Part shown: positions 1 through 9,578 of the stretch, in pieces
How the letters are laid out: every line of letters begins with the position of its first letter
Numbering within the stretch: position 1 is the stretch's first letter
NCBI GenBank assembly: GCA_026418905.1
Contig: JAOAAK010000015.1
Span: 10,595-74,594, forward strand
DNA length: 64,000 nucleotides
Direction: 5' to 3'
Origin: Bacteroidales bacterium
GTDB lineage: Bacteria > Bacteroidota > Bacteroidia > Bacteroidales > DTU049
The notes under the pieces: model-generated
Told to the model about the DNA's origin: nothing
The model's database searches: none
What the model saw: the letters and a program-made list of their open reading frames with translations, nothing else
Program-made: the position numbers and the translations under genes

Positions 1-206
1 CTGGAGCAGTTGTAGTAACCGGATTCATTCTGATTTTTAATGCTATTCATGCAGGAGCGCCTGCTGTTTTTTATCTTTTGCCTACTGGTTTGGCTTTCGA
101 TATTGGTGGCATACAAGCTATTTCATGGGCATCTACAAGACTTTTTTCTAAAGGTACTATTCATTACGTGGGAGAAGATTGGGTAATATTTGTTAAAAAA
201 AACTAA
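1..206 (+). CDS. 3' end of a hypothetical integral membrane protein (partial, runs off window start)
   Basis: The frame is open from the window edge to TAA at 204-206. The translation GAVVVTGFILIFNAIHAGAPAVFYLLPTGLAFDIGGIQAISW... is hydrophobic and TM-like. No family recognised. Confidence 0.4.
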   Translation, partial: GAVVVTGFILIFNAIHAGAPAVFYLLPTGLAFDIGGIQAISWASTRLFSKGTIHYVGEDWVIFVKKN

Positions 207-239
207 CCATAATATAACTTTTTTTATTCCATCACGTCT

Positions 240-815
240 ATGAATATGAGTAAAATTAAAATGAAAAAATATCTGAGTGAGACTGCCTTGATTGAAGCTG
301 TGAAAAAAGGTGATAGTTTTGCCGCAGAACTACTTTACCGTCGCTTTTCTTCAACTTTTTTTGGTGTTTGCCTACGCTATGCACGTAATCGGATGGATGC
401 TGAAGATATTTTACATGATGCTATGATAAAAATTTTCTCCAAACTGGATTCATATAACTTCAATGGGTCTTTTGAGGGATGGGCTCGGAGAATTGTGGTT
501 AATACTGCCATTGACTTCTACCATGCTCAATTAAAATGGAAAGAAAATACTCAGGATATCGACGAATTAAGAACAGAGTCCTCTGTTATTTGTGAAATGC
601 CTACAACAGTAGATTTAAAGAAAATACTTAGTCTTATTCAATCTCTACCTGAGCCTCATAGAATAGTATTTAATCTGTTTGCCATAGAAGGATTTTCCCA
701 TAAAGAAATTGCAGAGATCCTAGGAATCTCAGAAAATCTTTCCAAATCTTATTTATTTAGAGCAAGAAAATATTTGCAGAAGAAAATAAAAGTCCTGGAG
801 GAAGAATTATTATGA
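240..815 (+). CDS. ECF-type RNA polymerase sigma-70 family factor
   Basis: Sigma region 2 (DAEDILHDAMIKIFSKLDSY...FEGWARRIVVNTAIDFY) and region 4 HTH (LPEPHRIVFNLFAIEGFSHKEIAEILGISENLSKSYLFRARKYL). Confidence 0.9.
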   Translation: MNMSKIKMKKYLSETALIEAVKKGDSFAAELLYRRFSSTFFGVCLRYARNRMDAEDILHDAMIKIFSKLDSYNFNGSFEGWARRIVVNTAIDFYHAQLKWKENTQDIDELRTESSVICEMPTTVDLKKILSLIQSLPEPHRIVFNLFAIEGFSHKEIAEILGISENLSKSYLFRARKYLQKKIKVLEEELL

Positions 816-2053
816 AAGAAAATTTTGATAAAATTTTCGAGCATTTAAGAGAATACAAGGAAACACCTCCAGAATCTGTCTGGCAAAGAATATCTTTTAC
901 TCTTACGAAGAGAGGTTTTTTTAAAAAACCAAAACATCAAGAAAGGTATTTCTATCTTGCTGTCATTGCTTTGCTTTTACTTTTTTGGTTTATTAACGAA
1001 TGGTTTTCTCTATTTCATTTAGGAAGATCCAGCCTTATTGTAGCTCAACAAGCTAGCAATATTCAAGCATTGGGCTTACCTTATCCTTCCAGAGTATATA
1101 AGCAAACTATACCTTTAACTTTTTATTATGTATTTTACACCCCATCAAACACAGTTCAAAAAACGCACGAATCTGAACTCTTTAGAGAAACTCTTGAACA
1201 CAATGAAATCATTACAAATAATTTTTCATTGGCCGATTATCCTATAAGATCATTAGAAGCATTTGACCTGAAGCAATTACCAGTAAAGGTTAATTCCGAC
1301 ACATTTTATCAAAATCTTTATGTAAATCCTTTTGATTTTCCTCACTCTTGGTTCGAAATTGAATTAACAGGTGCTGGTTTCGAGAAAATTTTTATACCTG
1401 AACTATACAAAGAAGTTTACGGTTATAACTGGGGTCCTTTTATCACTTTTCACTCTAATAATATTTACACCGGTACTGGTGTTTATTTTCACACCATCTA
1501 TGTCCCTAATAGATATAAATATAGCAAATATGAGACCTTTGTGAAGGATTATACGATGGGGATTGATTCCATTGTGCTTATCCAAAGCGAACTGGATAAA
1601 ATTTCATTTCAACCTCTAATCTATGCTGGTTACCATCCTATATATGATTCTGTGTTAAAAAACTACACCACAGAACATCCTGATGCATACTATTATGCTG
1701 AAATTCCTTTACATGTAGGTTTTCAAAATCAAATTAATCGATTTGGTTTCAAGGCAGAATTGGGGTTTTCGATTAATTTGCGCCAAGGCATGAAAGCATA
1801 CACCAAAGAAAAATTTTTCGAAGAAACTGGAATTGTACCTGTAAATTGGAAGCCTTTCAATTATACTATGAGTTCTGTTTTTTATAACTTTTCTCTTAAG
1901 GGTGGTATATTCTATCAATTCTTGCCTTCATGGAACGCTGGTGTCAATGTCTACTATAGGAATTACCTTTCCCCAGTATTTGAAAATGAAGGTAAGAACT
2001 TTAATTATCCATCCTCCATGAGTGTAAGTCTTTCAATAAGCAAAACACTATGA
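812..2053 (+). CDS. Hypothetical single-pass membrane protein, putative anti-sigma-like partner with a large extracytoplasmic domain of unknown family
   Basis: The ATG overlaps the sigma stop (ATGA 812-815). A short N-terminus (ETPPESVWQRI) is followed by one TM helix (YFYLAVIALLLLFWFI). The C-terminal ~340 aa are Tyr/Phe/Asn-rich with beta-strand-like periodicity. Confidence 0.75.
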   Translation: MKENFDKIFEHLREYKETPPESVWQRISFTLTKRGFFKKPKHQERYFYLAVIALLLLFWFINEWFSLFHLGRSSLIVAQQASNIQALGLPYPSRVYKQTIPLTFYYVFYTPSNTVQKTHESELFRETLEHNEIITNNFSLADYPIRSLEAFDLKQLPVKVNSDTFYQNLYVNPFDFPHSWFEIELTGAGFEKIFIPELYKEVYGYNWGPFITFHSNNIYTGTGVYFHTIYVPNRYKYSKYETFVKDYTMGIDSIVLIQSELDKISFQPLIYAGYHPIYDSVLKNYTTEHPDAYYYAEIPLHVGFQNQINRFGFKAELGFSINLRQGMKAYTKEKFFEETGIVPVNWKPFNYTMSSVFYNFSLKGGIFYQFLPSWNAGVNVYYRNYLSPVFENEGKNFNYPSSMSVSLSISKTL

Positions 2054-3516
2054 AAAAAATATGGTTAACTTGTTTCTTTTTCTTACTCACATTTTTGATT
2101 TCCGGAGAGGAACTACCCATTCAGTTATTAATCACTGTTCGTGATAGTCTTACACAACAACCTATAAGTGGGAAAAAAGTTTTTGTTGTAGTCCCCCAAG
2201 GATTTGAAACACTTTTTACTCAGACTAGCTTTGTTACAGTGACAGATCAAAATGGTCAAGCTTACTTTGAGACTTTTGTTACTCAAAACATTCTTCCTAT
2301 TCCTTTGCATGTTTACACTTATGATTTTAATTTTAACCAAAAAAAGAAGACCGTCTGGATTCAGAAATTTTATGATCCTCTTGAAGTTAGTTTAATTATA
2401 CGCGAAAACGAGTTGCCAATAGCTCGTAGAAAATACATTCAAATTGATTTATACGATTCCCTATGTCGTGGTTTTTACATGCTCTCTCCGACCAATTTGA
2501 CAAAGAAAAAAGGACTGATTGAAAACTACTATTGGGACGTACTCCATAGCGGATGGATTCATGAAGAAAATTATCTATATTATATCAGGCATTATCATGT
2601 TCCAGTATTTTTAAAAATCGAATATATTGATAGCCTTACCCAAATATTTTACGATTCAGTTATTTATGAAGATAAAATTGATATTCCTCGTGAAACGATG
2701 TTGACTTTTTATGGCCAACTGTGGGCTGGAACACCGTCCCATCCCATCAATGTGGTTTCTGGCAAAACAGCTGTTTTCCTATTAGCTCAAAATCAAATTT
2801 TTTCTCTTGAAGATACATTTGATATCTTATATCCCGGTGCCTATTATTCAGCTATTCCTATACTTTACTGCCGTGTAACTTTTAGAGTTTACGGTTTTCC
2901 TCCTAACATTGAAGAAGAATACTTTCCATGTTACTACAATTCTGTTGTAAGCTGGTTGCATGCTACTTTTTTCTGGATGGATACATTAGGTGAAAGACAT
3001 GACATGTATCTTAAGAAAAAAAATAAACCATTTGGCCCCGGTTGGATTTTAGGACATCTTGGTTTTAATAAGCCCTATTTGTATGATATCATACTTTACA
3101 ATCTCCAGATGGAACCGCTCGATCTTGTTCATGTGGATAGCTCCGGCTATTTTGAATTTAGAAATGTCGCTCGTGGAGCTTATTACTTGGCTACAGAACG
3201 AATAGGTGAAGATCCTGTGATTAAATATGTTATAGTTTCCGAAGAAGACCTCTCCCCCGAAGTTTATATCTCAGGGAGTGACGATCCTGATAACATCAAA
3301 TACTTGATTTATCCTAACCCCGCATCTCACACCATCAAAATCCAAGGACCTGCAGTTCGTGAAGTTAAAATTTATGACATCACTGGTAAAGTTTATCATC
3401 TTGCCAACATTCAAAATAATATCGTTCCTATAGCAAACCTCAGTAATGGTTTATATCTTCTTCAATGTGAGCTTGATGGAGAATTAAAAACATTTACGTT
3501 TATTAAATCAAATTAG
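2050..3516 (+). CDS. Secreted protein with T9SS (Por) type-A C-terminal sorting domain, function unknown
   Basis: ATGA overlap with the upstream ORF. Signal peptide MKKIWLTCFFFLLTFLISG. The C-terminal ~80 aa fit the T9SS CTD pattern (YPNPASHTIKIQ...VKIYDITGKV...LSNGLYLLQCELDGELKTFTFIK). Confidence 0.85.
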   Translation: MKKIWLTCFFFLLTFLISGEELPIQLLITVRDSLTQQPISGKKVFVVVPQGFETLFTQTSFVTVTDQNGQAYFETFVTQNILPIPLHVYTYDFNFNQKKKTVWIQKFYDPLEVSLIIRENELPIARRKYIQIDLYDSLCRGFYMLSPTNLTKKKGLIENYYWDVLHSGWIHEENYLYYIRHYHVPVFLKIEYIDSLTQIFYDSVIYEDKIDIPRETMLTFYGQLWAGTPSHPINVVSGKTAVFLLAQNQIFSLEDTFDILYPGAYYSAIPILYCRVTFRVYGFPPNIEEEYFPCYYNSVVSWLHATFFWMDTLGERHDMYLKKKNKPFGPGWILGHLGFNKPYLYDIILYNLQMEPLDLVHVDSSGYFEFRNVARGAYYLATERIGEDPVIKYVIVSEEDLSPEVYISGSDDPDNIKYLIYPNPASHTIKIQGPAVREVKIYDITGKVYHLANIQNNIVPIANLSNGLYLLQCELDGELKTFTFIKSN

Positions 3517-4207
3517 CATTTTCAAGAAGGCTTCGCCAAGGTTCGACAAGTGGTGGCAGAGAAACGCATTCAATGATTTGATGATGAACGGGATGGATGA
3601 ATTTTATTTTCCATGACCATAGGCCTATACTTCCATCAGAATTTGAACGCCGCGCGCCGTACTTCAGATCTCCCTTGATAGGACATCCTATGTACGAAAG
3701 TTGTGCCCTTATTTGGTGATGCCTACCTGTAAGCAATTTAATCATAAGCATATAATATCTTTGAGATGACGAAATTAGTTGATAATGAAGTTTTGCACAC
3801 TGATAGCCTTCACGAGGTTCGGAAGAAACATAGACCTTGTTGTTTTTTTCATTTTTTTTCAGATAATGAACAAGTTCAGCTTCCTGTAAACATGGACGAC
3901 TTGTAACGATTGCTAAATACCATTTTTCTGTCTGTCGTTCGCTAAATATCTTATTCATTCGAGATAAGGCTTTAGAAGTTTTGGCTAATACTAGAACACC
4001 ACCAACAGGTCTATCTAACCGATGAATTACACCGACGAAAGCATTTCCTCGTTTATGGTATTTTTCTTTTAAGTATAATCTGACATATTCAGAAAGTGGT
4101 ATATCTCCTGTTTTATCCCCCTGAACAATCTCCCCAGGTAATTTTTCTATAATGATCAAGTGATTATCCTCATATAAAATGCGCTCACTGATAGCCTTTT
4201 TTAACAT
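3503..4207 (-). CDS. RluA-family pseudouridine synthase
   Basis: Motifs HRLDRPVGGVLVLAKT and GRHHQIRAQL. I prefer the ATG at 4207 over the TTG at 4213 used by the ORF track. Confidence 0.9.
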   Translation of the reverse strand: MLKKAISERILYEDNHLIIIEKLPGEIVQGDKTGDIPLSEYVRLYLKEKYHKRGNAFVGVIHRLDRPVGGVLVLAKTSKALSRMNKIFSERQTEKWYLAIVTSRPCLQEAELVHYLKKNEKNNKVYVSSEPREGYQCAKLHYQLISSSQRYYMLMIKLLTGRHHQIRAQLSYIGCPIKGDLKYGARRSNSDGSIGLWSWKIKFIHPVHHQIIECVSLPPLVEPWRSLLENANLI

Positions 4208-4209
4208 GC

Positions 4210-5031
4210 TCAATATTGTTCGTTCTCACTAGGGAACTGTAGTGTTTTCACGTCATTGATGTAATGTAAAACTGCTCCTAATATTTCTGCATGCAAGTTA
4301 TGATATCTTCTTAAAAATCTTGGACTGAATTCCTGATTAATTCCCAGCATATCATGTAGTACCAATACCTGTCCGTCAACGTATTTCCCGGCACCTATAC
4401 CGATCACCGGAATTTTTAGCATTTCGGCAACTTCTTTTCCCAGTTGAGCTGGGACTTTTTCTAATACAATAGCAAAACATCCGGTTTTTTCAAGCATAAT
4501 AGCATCTTCTTTAAGTTTTTGAGCTTCTTCGACTTGAGTAGCTCTAACACTATACGTGCCAAATTTATAAATAGACTGAGGTGTAAGGCCTAGATGACCC
4601 ATGACTGGAATTCCAGCTGATAAAATTCTTTCTACACTTTCTATAATTTCTCTTCCGCCTTCTACCTTGACAGCTTCAGCACCACTTTCCTTCATAATTC
4701 TTATGGCACTTTTTAATGCCCCATAAGAATCGCCCTGATATGTTCCGAAAGGTAAATCTACCACTACCATGGCTCTTTCCACAGCTTTTGCAACCGACGT
4801 AGCATGATAAATCATCTGATCCAAGGTGATGGGTAATGTTGTCTTGTTTCCAGCCATCACATTGGATGCTGAATCTCCAACTAAAATTACATCAATTCCT
4901 GCTTTATCAATAATTTTAGCCAGTGAATAATCATAAGCTGTGAGCATTGCAATTTTCTCCCCACGAACCTTCATGTTCATCAATACATGGGTTGTTACCT
5001 TCTTGATTTGCTTGAATTCTTGAATATTCAT
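4210..5031 (-). CDS. panB: 3-methyl-2-oxobutanoate hydroxymethyltransferase
   Basis: PanB pattern [11 protein letters not shown]...[15 protein letters not shown]...[10 protein letters not shown] prefer the ATG at 5031 because the track's TTG at 5049 is the last three nt of a TATTTTTG -7 box. Confidence 0.95.
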   Translation of the reverse strand: MNIQEFKQIKKVTTHVLMNMKVRGEKIAMLTAYDYSLAKIIDKAGIDVILVGDSASNVMAGNKTTLPITLDQMIYHATSVAKAVERAMVVVDLPFGTYQGDSYGALKSAIRIMKESGAEAVKVEGGREIIESVERILSAGIPVMGHLGLTPQSIYKFGTYSVRATQVEEAQKLKEDAIMLEKTGCFAIVLEKVPAQLGKEVAEMLKIPVIGIGAGKYVDGQVLVLHDMLGINQEFSPRFLRRYHNLHAEILGAVLHYINDVKTLQFPSENEQY

Positions 5032-5046
5032 TCTTGATAATTTTTT

Positions 5047-5054
5047 CAAAAATA
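5047..5054 (-). promoter_or_regulatory. Bacteroidota -7 promoter box (TATTTTTG) for panB
   Basis: Perfect TAnnTTTG on the minus strand, 15 nt upstream of the panB ATG. Confidence 0.45.
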
Positions 5055-5099
5055 GATGTTTTATTTGTTACCTTAGCAGATTCTTCTTATGTTTGAATC

Positions 5100-6077
5100 A
5101 TGAATTCCTTCGGAAGATTATTTCGCATACAAATTTATGGTGAATCTCATACCACCCAAGTAGGTATTTTAATTGACGGTTGCCCTCCTGGGATTCCAAT
5201 TTCCGTTGATGACTTTCTCGACGATATGTTGAGGAGAAAACCAGGAAAGCATGGCACAACTCAACGAATGGAGGCAGATGTCCCTGTGATTACATCGGGA
5301 GTCTTCCGGGGTTTTACAACAGGTGCACCTATTCATATTTTTGTAAAAAATCAAGACCATCACTCGGACGAATATTTAAGTACGGAAAATATTCCCCGAC
5401 CAGGGCATGCTGATTACGTTGCATATATTCGTTATAAAGGATTCAACGATCTTCGAGGAGGTGGCATGTTTTCAGGTAGACTCACTGCTGCACTAGTATT
5501 GGCTGGTGTAATAGCTAAAAAAATTATTGCTCCGACAAAAGTTGAAGCAAATGTTATCACAATTGGTGGATCAGACAAGGAGTGGGAAAAAATCATTGAA
5601 CATGCTATTCAAGAAGGAGATTCATTGGGTGGCCTCGTAGAATGTCGCGTAAATCAAGTTCCTGTTGGACTAGGAGAACCCTTTTTTGATTCTGTAGAAT
5701 CTCTTATTGCCCATGCCATCTTTAGCATACCCGGTATTAAAGGTATTGAATTTGGTGATGGATTTCGTGTCACAACCATGAAAGGCAGCGAGTACAACGA
5801 CATCATTTTACCAGATGGAAAATTTGCTACTAATCATGCAGGAGGAATACACGGTGGATTAACCAATGGTAACGACATCATCTTCAGAATAGCTGTCCGT
5901 CCCCCAGCTAGCATACGAAAACCACAGCAAACCATAAATCTCAACACAGGTAAATCTGTTTCGATATCTGTCGGAGGCCGTCACGATGTTTGTTTTGCTC
6001 TACGCATTCCACCCATAGTGGAAGCTCTAACTGCTTGTGTAATTGCTGATCTTTTATTAATTGCCAAGTCATGGTAA
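5100..6077 (+). CDS. aroC: Chorismate synthase
   Basis: N-terminus MNSFGRLFRIQIYGESHT..GILIDGCPPG, plus RPGHADY and GGRHDVC motifs. Confidence 0.95.
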   Translation: MNSFGRLFRIQIYGESHTTQVGILIDGCPPGIPISVDDFLDDMLRRKPGKHGTTQRMEADVPVITSGVFRGFTTGAPIHIFVKNQDHHSDEYLSTENIPRPGHADYVAYIRYKGFNDLRGGGMFSGRLTAALVLAGVIAKKIIAPTKVEANVITIGGSDKEWEKIIEHAIQEGDSLGGLVECRVNQVPVGLGEPFFDSVESLIAHAIFSIPGIKGIEFGDGFRVTTMKGSEYNDIILPDGKFATNHAGGIHGGLTNGNDIIFRIAVRPPASIRKPQQTINLNTGKSVSISVGGRHDVCFALRIPPIVEALTACVIADLLLIAKSW

Positions 6078-6838
6078 AGAAAAAGCTACTTCTATTTGTA
6101 GCAGGATTTCCCATACGACATAGTCTAAGTCCTAGAATTTTTAGATACCTTGCAAACAAAACTGGAATTGACCTCCATTATACTCGATTATCTACCGAAG
6201 ACCCAAACGATATCTCAAAGCTATTAGAATTAGGTTTTAATGGAGGAAACATTACCATGCCTGTAAAAGAAAAAATTTGTCAATTGCCATTTGTTCAGTC
6301 TCCGAATGTCCAGCTTATTCGTGCAGCCAATGTGATATACAGAAAAGAAAACATATGGTACTTAGAGAATACTGATATCATTGGTGTCAAGGAATCTCTT
6401 CGACCATTTGAAAAACACATTTGCAATCAACCAGCTTTGGTGATTGGTGCAGGAGGAGCTGGAAGAGCTGCCGTACTGGCTCTGAGAGAATACACTCATA
6501 ATATTACACTAACCAATCGCACTCATGAAAAATCTCTTTATTGGGCAGAAAAATTATCCACTCAAATTCTTCCTTTTGAGCAGATTGCATACACAATATA
6601 TCAGTTTAAAGTCATTATCTATACGATTCCCGTATATATCCCCCTCAATATAGAACCCTTTCAGATCTTTTTGGAAGCAAACTATTCTAAAAGCTTTTAT
6701 TGGAACAAAACTCCCTTCTTTATTGGAGGACTTTATTGGTTGATTCATCAAGCTATTCCCTCATTTGAATTACTTACTGGCAAAGACCCGAAAGGGTCAA
6801 TTACAAGTGTTGAAACTATTATAAAAGAAATAACTTGA
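6071..6838 (+). CDS. aroE: Shikimate dehydrogenase
   Basis: GFPIRHSLSPRIF substrate motif and the NAD(P) loop VIGAGGAGRAAV. Overlaps the aroC end by 7 nt. Confidence 0.85.
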   Translation: MVKKKLLLFVAGFPIRHSLSPRIFRYLANKTGIDLHYTRLSTEDPNDISKLLELGFNGGNITMPVKEKICQLPFVQSPNVQLIRAANVIYRKENIWYLENTDIIGVKESLRPFEKHICNQPALVIGAGGAGRAAVLALREYTHNITLTNRTHEKSLYWAEKLSTQILPFEQIAYTIYQFKVIIYTIPVYIPLNIEPFQIFLEANYSKSFYWNKTPFFIGGLYWLIHQAIPSFELLTGKDPKGSITSVETIIKEIT

Positions 6839-7112
6839 TATCTTAGATCTAACTCCTTTTATTTAAAAGTTGTTTTCTCGCTGATGCATTCAATTTTTTA
6901 GTGAAATAAAATGCTCCCAGCAGAAATAATGCATTTTGTATCTCAGTATGTAATTCTTTATTGCTTTGCCACGACACATCGTGTAATAGCATCCTTCACA
7001 TGTAGTCATTTGCATCTATGCTAGTCGCTACACGGAAATCAGAATCAATTTGATCAAAAACACAATCAAGAGTATCAATGTAGAGATTAAAATTTTTTAC
7101 ATTAGCAAAAAA

Positions 7113-7625
7113 ATGATCTTGCCCATCGATGAACTAGCGATTCGTCCTATTTTCCTCGTGGGTTTTATGAAAAGCGGTAAAACGACCATTGGAAGATTAA
7201 TAGCCAAACGACTCAATCGTACTTTCATTGATTTAGATGAATATATTGAAGAGAAACTGAATCAAAAAATCAGCGTTCTTATAAGGGAAAAAGGATTAAC
7301 TATCTTTCGAAAAGAAGAAACCAGAGCATTAAAAGAAGTCGTAAGAAATTATCCAACCAACTCTGTGATAGCTACCGGAGGAGGTATCGTAGATTACAAA
7401 GTGAACAGGATTTATTTGCCTAAGCATGGTTATGTCGTCTGGCTTTTCTCATCGTTGAATGAACTCATGAAAAGACAAGACAATAAGGATCGACCATTGT
7501 GGAATAATGATGTAACGAGTCTATTTTATTCGAGAATTTACCACTATAGCGAAATCGCCGATGAGATCATCATCACAGACGGAAAATCAATTGAGGAAGT
7601 CGTTCGTTATGTCGTTGGTCAATAA
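7113..7625 (+). CDS. aroK: Shikimate kinase
   Basis: P-loop IFLVGFMKSGKTTIGRLIAKRL and ATGGGIV. The ATG at 7113 gives a typical 170 aa; the track start at 7050 is a TTG. Confidence 0.85.
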   Translation: MILPIDELAIRPIFLVGFMKSGKTTIGRLIAKRLNRTFIDLDEYIEEKLNQKISVLIREKGLTIFRKEETRALKEVVRNYPTNSVIATGGGIVDYKVNRIYLPKHGYVVWLFSSLNELMKRQDNKDRPLWNNDVTSLFYSRIYHYSEIADEIIITDGKSIEEVVRYVVGQ

Positions 7626-8057
7626 AAGATGTTTCTTCACATCTTCCAAAATCTTTGCATGATCAAATGCCATAGAAGGTAATGAAAAAAGAGAAAACCA
7701 TGAAGCTTCTGCAGCATCATCTGCCGCACTAAGTTTGATTTGATCATCGAGCCAAGCAATAAATGTTATTGTAATGGTACGATGCCTTGGATCACGCTTT
7801 GGATCACTGTAAGCGCGAAATTGATTAAAGGTTTCTTCGGGTAAATCTATTTGTAATTCTTCCTTGACTTCACGTCGTATGGCATGTTCTAAAGTTTCAT
7901 TTTCGTCTACAAATCCACCAGGCAATGCCCATAAATTCTTATAAGGTTCATTTTTTCTTTTAATAAGAGCAACAAAAACATTTTTCTTTTCTTTATATAA
8001 CAATATTGCATCAACCGTTACGGCAGGACGAGGATAATCATAGCACCACCGTTTCAT
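7587..8057 (-). CDS. NUDIX hydrolase
   Basis: Nudix box [24 protein letters not shown]. Confidence 0.85.
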   Translation of the reverse strand: MKRWCYDYPRPAVTVDAILLYKEKKNVFVALIKRKNEPYKNLWALPGGFVDENETLEHAIRREVKEELQIDLPEETFNQFRAYSDPKRDPRHRTITITFIAWLDDQIKLSAADDAAEASWFSLFSLPSMAFDHAKILEDVKKHLLLTNDITNDFLN

Positions 8058-8075
8058 TTGGAAGTATTTTATTTA

Positions 8076-8083
8076 TAAATTTG
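8076..8083 (+). promoter_or_regulatory. Bacteroidota -7 promoter box (TAAATTTG) for guaB
   Basis: Perfect TAnnTTTG 15 nt upstream of the ATG at 8099. Confidence 0.45.
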
Positions 8084-8098
8084 CACAAAGATAGGAAA

Positions 8099-9568
8099 AT
8101 GAACAACTACATTTCTGAACGAGTTATAGGAGAAGGTCTCACTTTTGATGACGTTTTACTTTTACCTGCCTACAGTGAAATACTTCCTCACGAAACTGTT
8201 TTGACCACGCGTTTTTCTAGGAACATCATCCTCAATGTCCCTTTTGTTTCAGCTGCCATGGATACAGTTACCGAAAGTGCCATGGCTATAGCCATGGCTC
8301 AGGAGGGAGGCATCGGCGTGATTCATAAAAACATGAGCATTGAAGATCAGGCTAAAGAAGTAAAAAAAGTCAAGCGTGCTGAAAACGGTATGATCATTGA
8401 TCCGGTTACAATATTCCCGAGCCAAACTGTGGGTGATGCACTTCAGATGATGAAAGAACATAAAATAGGCGGCATTCCTGTTGTAAATGATAAAAAACAA
8501 CTGGTAGGTATAATAACCAATCGTGATCTTAGATTTGAAAAAGACCTTCACAAGCCTATCGAAGAGGTTATGACCAAATCACCTTTGATCACCGTCCCTG
8601 AATTCGTCACTTTTGATAAAGCTGAAGAAATTTTGCAAGAACATAAAATAGAGAAACTTCCAGTTGTTGATAATAACAACGTTCTGATTGGCCTTATAAC
8701 GTACAAGGATATCATTAAAATCAAGGCTAGGCCCAATGCATGTAAAGATTCTTATGGCAGATTACGTGTAGCTGCAGCTGTAGGTGTATCAAAAGACACA
8801 ATTGACCGAGCTTTTGCATTAAAAGAAGCAGGTGTTGATGCTTTAGTGGTTGACACAGCACATGCTCACTCTAAAAAAGTTTTTGAAGTAGTCAGATCAT
8901 TAAAAAAGACTTTTCCCGACTTAGACATTATTGCAGGAAACATTGCCACATACGAAGCTGCCAAAGACCTTTCTACATTAGATGTTGATGCCATCAAAGT
9001 TGGAATAGGACCTGGATCCATTTGCACGACACGTGTCATTGCGGGGATTGGGGTTCCACAACTTTCAGCTATCATGGCTGTAAGCAAAGCTCTAGAAGGA
9101 AGCGGAATTCCTATCATTGCCGATGGAGGCATACGTTATTCAGGTGATGTGGTCAAAGCCCTTGCAGCTGGTGCTGATTCAGTCATGATTGGAAGCATAT
9201 TTGCAGGCGTAGAAGAAAGTCCCGGAGAAACTATTCTTTACGAGGGTAGAAAATTTAAAGTCTACCGTGGCATGGGTAGCTTAGAAGCTATGCAAAGCGG
9301 TTCCAAGGATCGTTACTTCCAAGATGAGGAAGACGTCAAGAAACTAGTCCCCGAAGGCATTGTGGGACAAATTCCTTATAAAGGAACATTGAGTGAGGTG
9401 ATGATTCAAATGGTGGGTGGACTCAGGGCTGGGATGGGCTATTGTGGTGCCAGAAATATTAGCGACTTAAAAAAAACACGATTTATCCAAATCACTCATG
9501 CAGGTATTATTGAAAGCCATCCTCACGATGTAACCATTATTCGAGAAGCACCTAATTACAGTCGATAA
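8099..9568 (+). CDS. guaB: IMP dehydrogenase
   Basis: [15 protein letters not shown], an internal CBS pair, the catalytic loop [11 protein letters not shown] and a C-terminal HPHDV motif. The track's N-terminal 31 aa extension overlaps the divergent NUDIX gene and is unlikely to be real. Confidence 0.95.
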   Translation: MNNYISERVIGEGLTFDDVLLLPAYSEILPHETVLTTRFSRNIILNVPFVSAAMDTVTESAMAIAMAQEGGIGVIHKNMSIEDQAKEVKKVKRAENGMIIDPVTIFPSQTVGDALQMMKEHKIGGIPVVNDKKQLVGIITNRDLRFEKDLHKPIEEVMTKSPLITVPEFVTFDKAEEILQEHKIEKLPVVDNNNVLIGLITYKDIIKIKARPNACKDSYGRLRVAAAVGVSKDTIDRAFALKEAGVDALVVDTAHAHSKKVFEVVRSLKKTFPDLDIIAGNIATYEAAKDLSTLDVDAIKVGIGPGSICTTRVIAGIGVPQLSAIMAVSKALEGSGIPIIADGGIRYSGDVVKALAAGADSVMIGSIFAGVEESPGETILYEGRKFKVYRGMGSLEAMQSGSKDRYFQDEEDVKKLVPEGIVGQIPYKGTLSEVMIQMVGGLRAGMGYCGARNISDLKKTRFIQITHAGIIESHPHDVTIIREAPNYSR

Positions 9569-9578
9569 AACAACCCAT

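Noticed and set aside
6911-7024. 37-codon plus-strand ORF (MLPAEIMHFVSQYVILYCFATTHRVIASFTCSHLHLC) in the aroE-aroK spacer, considered as a possible aromatic-amino-acid leader peptide.
   Set aside because: It has no run of Phe/Tyr/Trp codons, no downstream terminator/antiterminator pair, and it is antisense to an equally long ORF. It is compatible with chance.
8006-8098. N-terminal extensions given by the longest-ORF track. The affected genes are guaB 8006, aroK 7050, thrS 48024, gap 54530, GT2 51725, GT9 31641, the acyl-CoA synthetase 36614, PTPS 55730, the lipoprotein 11483, the secreted protein 24974 and the oxidoreductase beta subunit 19654.
   Set aside because: The extensions start at TTG or GTG, or at upstream ATGs that overlap neighbouring genes or promoter boxes. 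They add non-conserved residues ahead of canonical N-termini or signal peptides. I used the downstream ATGs instead.
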